DNA of 64,000 nt, taken from the NCBI GenBank assembly GCA_905194315.1, contig CAJJRX010000005.1, positions 1,971 through 65,970 on the forward strand, in the 5' to 3' direction. This stretch comes from an uncultured Sutterella sp. (GTDB lineage: Bacteria; Pseudomonadota; Gammaproteobacteria; Burkholderiales; Burkholderiaceae_F). Positions 60,565-64,000 of this stretch are shown one piece after another. The position numbers were made by a program, and so were the translations under genes. The notes beneath the pieces are model-generated. The model saw only the letters and a program-made list of their open reading frames with translations, ran no database searches and was not told where the DNA came from. The number at the start of each line of letters is the position of its first letter. Within the stretch, counting starts at the first letter, position 1.

Positions 60565-61542
60565 GTGACAGACAGCCCCGCCAAGGCAACCGGTTATTTC
60601 ACACACGATCTTGCCGCGCTAAGCAACCCTATTGAAAATGCGCCGGAAAATCCTGACCGTCTCTCCTCGATCGAGCTCATGATGATGGCCATGGGTATGG
60701 GTGAGCATCTCAAACACTACAGCGCCCGTGAGGCGTCCATGGAAACGGTGTGCCTTGCGCATGACCGGGACTATGTCGAGCGGCTCGCACTGGCGAGCGC
60801 CGGCAATGAGGAGGCGATCCGCGCCTGGAGTGAGGCCGACACCCCGGTGACGCCGCTCTCGTACCGCGCCGCGCTCAAAAGTGTCGGGGCGGTCGTCTCG
60901 GCGGTGGACGCCGTGATGCGCGGCGAGGTGAGCAACGCGTTCTGCGCGGTCCGCCCGCCCGGACACCATGCCGGACGACGCTCGGGCGGAGGGTTCTGCT
61001 ACTTCAACAATGCGGCCGTCGGGGCGCTTTATGCGCAGAAGAACTGGGGACTGAGCCGCATTGCCGTGCTCGACTTTGATGTGCACCACGGCGACGGTAC
61101 TGAGGATATTCTGGGCGGCAATCCTGCTTTCCGCTATTTCTCGCTTTTTCAGTGGCCGCTCTATCCGAGCCGGCTCCCTGAGTCCACGCCGGAGAATGTC
61201 ACCCGTACACCGCTGCCGGCCGGCTCGGGCGGACGCGAACTGCGGCAGACAATCGAGACCGTGTGGCTTCCGGGGCTTGAGCGGTTTTCGCCCGAGCTCA
61301 TCATTCTCTCCTCGGGATTTGATGCGCATCTTGAGGACGCCATGGCGCAGCTCAAAGTGGATGAATCCGACTTTGCCTACATCACCCGCCGTCTGATGGA
61401 TGCCGCAGAGGTCTGCTGCGGCGGACGTCTTGTGAGCGTGCTCGAGGGCGGCTACAACCTGCGCGCGTTAAGCCGCAGTGTGGTGAGTCATATTGCAACC
61501 CTGATGGGACTCTCTCAGGAGAGCACCGGGAGTGAAGTTTGA
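60565..61542 (+). CDS. Histone deacetylase family protein
   Basis: Motifs PENPDR, RPPGHHA, GFCYFNN, DFDVHHGDGT, GFDAH and LEGGY. Confidence 0.93.
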   Translation: MTDSPAKATGYFTHDLAALSNPIENAPENPDRLSSIELMMMAMGMGEHLKHYSAREASMETVCLAHDRDYVERLALASAGNEEAIRAWSEADTPVTPLSYRAALKSVGAVVSAVDAVMRGEVSNAFCAVRPPGHHAGRRSGGGFCYFNNAAVGALYAQKNWGLSRIAVLDFDVHHGDGTEDILGGNPAFRYFSLFQWPLYPSRLPESTPENVTRTPLPAGSGGRELRQTIETVWLPGLERFSPELIILSSGFDAHLEDAMAQLKVDESDFAYITRRLMDAAEVCCGGRLVSVLEGGYNLRALSRSVVSHIATLMGLSQESTGSEV

Positions 61543-62861
61543 AAGAACATTTGAAAGACGGTGTCGCGCGCCGTGAACTCTGGTCATGGGCGCTCTACGA
61601 TTTTGCCAACTCCGGTTACACCACCGTGGTGCTGACCGCGGTTTTCAACGCCTACTTTGTGAGCGTCATCGGGGCAGGCTCGCCCTACGCAACGCTCTGG
61701 TGGACGGTGGTGATTGCCGTCTCGAACGTCGTGAGCATGACACTCATGCCGGTGATCGGTCTGCTCGCTGACGCGCGGGCGCAGAAAAAGCGCTACCTGC
61801 TCGTGGCAACCGTGCTCTGTATTCTCGGCACGCTCGGCCTGATGCTGACGGCTGAGGGCACGCTCCTGCTTGCCGGGGTGATGATTATTGTGAGTAACCT
61901 CGGCTACAACGTCGGCGAGTCGCTCTGCTCGGCGTTTCTCCCGGAAATCGCCCGCGAGGAAAGTGTGGGCAAGGTCTCGGGCTGGGGGTGGAGTCTCGGG
62001 TATATGGGCGGGATTGTCACGCTCGGTCTCGCGATCGCCTGGGTGCAGTACTGCACGGCGCAGGGCGCTGATACGGGCATTGTTGTTGACGGCACGCTCT
62101 TTATCACGGCGCTTGTGTACGCGCTGGCGGCCGCCCCGATTTTCCTTTTCCTGCGCGAGCGCTCGCAGCCGCGTCTCTCGAACACCCGGGCCGGCGCCCG
62201 GGAAGTGTTTAACGACTCGTTCCGGGAGCTGCGCCGCACGCTCGGCAGCCTTAAGGATTACCGTGACTTTGCGCGTCTTGCGCTCTGCGGCTTTTTCTAT
62301 CAGGCCGGGGTCTCTGTGGTGATTACCCTCTCGGCGGTCTACGCCACCGCGGTGATGCACTTTACGACCGAGGACAGCCTCATTATGGTCTGCGCCGTGA
62401 ATGTGACAGCAGCTGTTGGCGCCTTCGCCTTCGGCTACATTCAGGACAGAATCGGCCACAAGCCCGCGCTGGCGATCACGCTGTGCGTGTGGCTTCTGAT
62501 GGTGGTGACCGCCTCGTTTGCCACCACCACCGCCCTTTTCTGGGTCGCCGCCAATCTTGCCGGTATTGCCATGGGCTCGAGCCAGTCGGCCGGTCGCGCC
62601 ATGGTGGCGCTCTTTGCGCCGCAAAAGCGTCTGGCGGAGTTCTACAGTTTCTGGAACATGATGCTGTGGCTCTCGGCCATCGTCGGCCCGCTCACCTACG
62701 GGGTGATGACGGCGGTCTTTGACAATAACCACCGGCTGGCGATTCTTGTCACGGGACTCTTTTTCATCGCGGGGCTTATTGTCCTGAAAACAATCAACAT
62801 TGAGCGCGGACGGGCTGCCTCGGGCAACGCCGCCGCGGAGCCGACTGGCTCAAAAGCCTAG
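61539..62861 (+). CDS. MFS transporter (UMF1/BtlA/Atg22-like)
   Basis: Motifs WALYDFANS, AFLPEI, VSGWGWSLGY.GG and GSSQSAGR; about 12 TM segments. Confidence 0.88.
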   Translation: MKEHLKDGVARRELWSWALYDFANSGYTTVVLTAVFNAYFVSVIGAGSPYATLWWTVVIAVSNVVSMTLMPVIGLLADARAQKKRYLLVATVLCILGTLGLMLTAEGTLLLAGVMIIVSNLGYNVGESLCSAFLPEIAREESVGKVSGWGWSLGYMGGIVTLGLAIAWVQYCTAQGADTGIVVDGTLFITALVYALAAAPIFLFLRERSQPRLSNTRAGAREVFNDSFRELRRTLGSLKDYRDFARLALCGFFYQAGVSVVITLSAVYATAVMHFTTEDSLIMVCAVNVTAAVGAFAFGYIQDRIGHKPALAITLCVWLLMVVTASFATTTALFWVAANLAGIAMGSSQSAGRAMVALFAPQKRLAEFYSFWNMMLWLSAIVGPLTYGVMTAVFDNNHRLAILVTGLFFIAGLIVLKTINIERGRAASGNAAAEPTGSKA

Positions 62862-62995
62862 GTCGGGAGGAGTGCCACCCGCCGCGGCACGCCCGACTAA
62901 CGGCTGATCGCGCAGTGCGCCAAGGCGTGGCACAATTAGGAAGGCCGCGCAGACACGTGACTGCGCTTACTCTCACTTCAGGTACATGGACTTAT

Positions 62996-63625
62996 ATGCA
63001 GGATCTCGCTCTCGCACGACGCGCAAAGGCGCTTGAACTCGGAAAACCCTACGGTCTGACGGAGGAGGCTGCTGCCGCGCTGCCTCTCACAGTACTCTCT
63101 GAGGATTCCGTCAAAGGCATCAGTGTGGTTTCCCGCCGTGTCTGCTCGGGGTACTTCGCGCTGGAGCTCGCCCGTGCACTCAGCGCTGACGAGTGGGACA
63201 GCGAGGCGCGCACCGCCGTCAGAGAAGCCGCCAAAACCTACGGGGTGGACTATGACATGACGCCGCGCGAGACAGCGATGCTCTACGGGAACATCTCCTC
63301 GCGCGATCTGAGAAACATCACCGGCTCCGGGGAGACGCTCGGCGTGCTGGTCTGGATGACGGGCGGCGCTCAGATGCCGGTCGATCCCGCGAAGGCCATG
63401 GCGGACGGTGTGCTCAAACGCGCCGTGATTGATGAGGGGCACAATATTCAGCACTTTATCGAGATTGCCCGTCTGGCAACCGCCGAAGAGGTGCTCACGC
63501 TCCTTGACCTTTACCGGCTCTATGCAGCGCAGGGACTTGGCGTGAGCAGCATCGTCGAAGCCCGCCGCCGTGCCCTCGAGTGGCTCGTTGTCCGTGAGTC
63601 CGACTGGTTCCGTCTCACGTTCTGA
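62996..63625 (+). CDS. Hypothetical protein
   Basis: Long ORF with host-like codon use, followed by a bidirectional terminator. Start position uncertain. Confidence 0.7.
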   Translation: MQDLALARRAKALELGKPYGLTEEAAAALPLTVLSEDSVKGISVVSRRVCSGYFALELARALSADEWDSEARTAVREAAKTYGVDYDMTPRETAMLYGNISSRDLRNITGSGETLGVLVWMTGGAQMPVDPAKAMADGVLKRAVIDEGHNIQHFIEIARLATAEEVLTLLDLYRLYAAQGLGVSSIVEARRRALEWLVVRESDWFRLTF

Positions 63626-63694
63626 CTGGCGTGAGCTGCAAAAAAAGGAGCGCCTGCTGACGCTCCTTTTTTCGCTTCTGCAGTAGACGCCCTC

Positions 63695-64000
63695 TCAGCG
63701 GCGGGCCTCCCAGAGCAGGAGGCAGCCGAACACGCCGAAGAACACACCGGCCGTGCCGTCAATCCAGCGAGAGACGCGCATATAGCCGCGGCGCATGGCG
63801 GGCATGCTGAAGAAGAAAGCCACAACGGTAAACCAGAGGAAGGTTTCCGCGATTACGATCGAGAAAATCGTCCAGCGGGTTGCAGCGGTCATATCGGGCG
63901 TGAGCAGCATGGAGAAAATACTGCTGAAATAGATCACCGCTTTGGGGTTGGCCAGATTCGTGAGCAGTCCCATCGTGAAGGCACGGACCTTCGAGACGGG
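63695..64000 (-). CDS. LysE/RhtC-family amino acid exporter (3' part; start beyond the window)
   Basis: GLLTNLANPKA..YF motif and terminal WIDG.AG; frame stays open to the window edge. Confidence 0.88.
   Translation of the reverse strand, partial: PVSKVRAFTMGLLTNLANPKAVIYFSSIFSMLLTPDMTAATRWTIFSIVIAETFLWFTVVAFFFSMPAMRRGYMRVSRWIDGTAGVFFGVFGCLLLWEARR

Noticed and set aside
62929..62945. TGGCAC as a sigma54 -24 element
   Set aside because: The -12 TTGC is absent.
1..64000. CRISPR arrays, integrases, transposases, prophage genes, rRNA
   Set aside because: No regularly spaced repeats or matching protein motifs were seen in the window.

Overview
A 64-kb, GC-rich chromosomal segment. Gene content (TctCBA/Bug, hemN-fnr, psd/pssA type, rmuC, mltB) suggests a betaproteobacterium, most likely a gut Sutterellaceae; this taxonomy is inferred, not tested. 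Most of it is housekeeping and transport: thyA-folA, alaS, hemN/fnr, apt, tctCBA, nnr, a purine/nucleoside ABC transporter, mdh, a DinG helicase, trpEG, rlmD, four tandem NSS transporters, psd-pssA, mltB and three tRNAs, plus an McrBC defence pair at the rlmD 3' end. The main unannotated signals are non-coding. (1) Two near-identical Trp-specific T-box riboswitches, normally a Gram-positive system, sit ahead of trpEG and ahead of one NSS transporter, each with its own sigma70 promoter. (2) In both, the terminator does not overlap the T-box antiterminator and appears to be linked to it through a covarying relay helix, a possibly undescribed two-step T-box platform. (3) A DnaA-box cluster with an exact IHF consensus and two identical Fis-consensus sites between folA and tRNA-Arg resembles a DARS2/datA-type replication-control locus. 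(4) A duplicated bipartite TGACA-type motif brackets the T-box-trpEG cassette. Product calls come from recognised motifs only; no database searches or folding programs were run.
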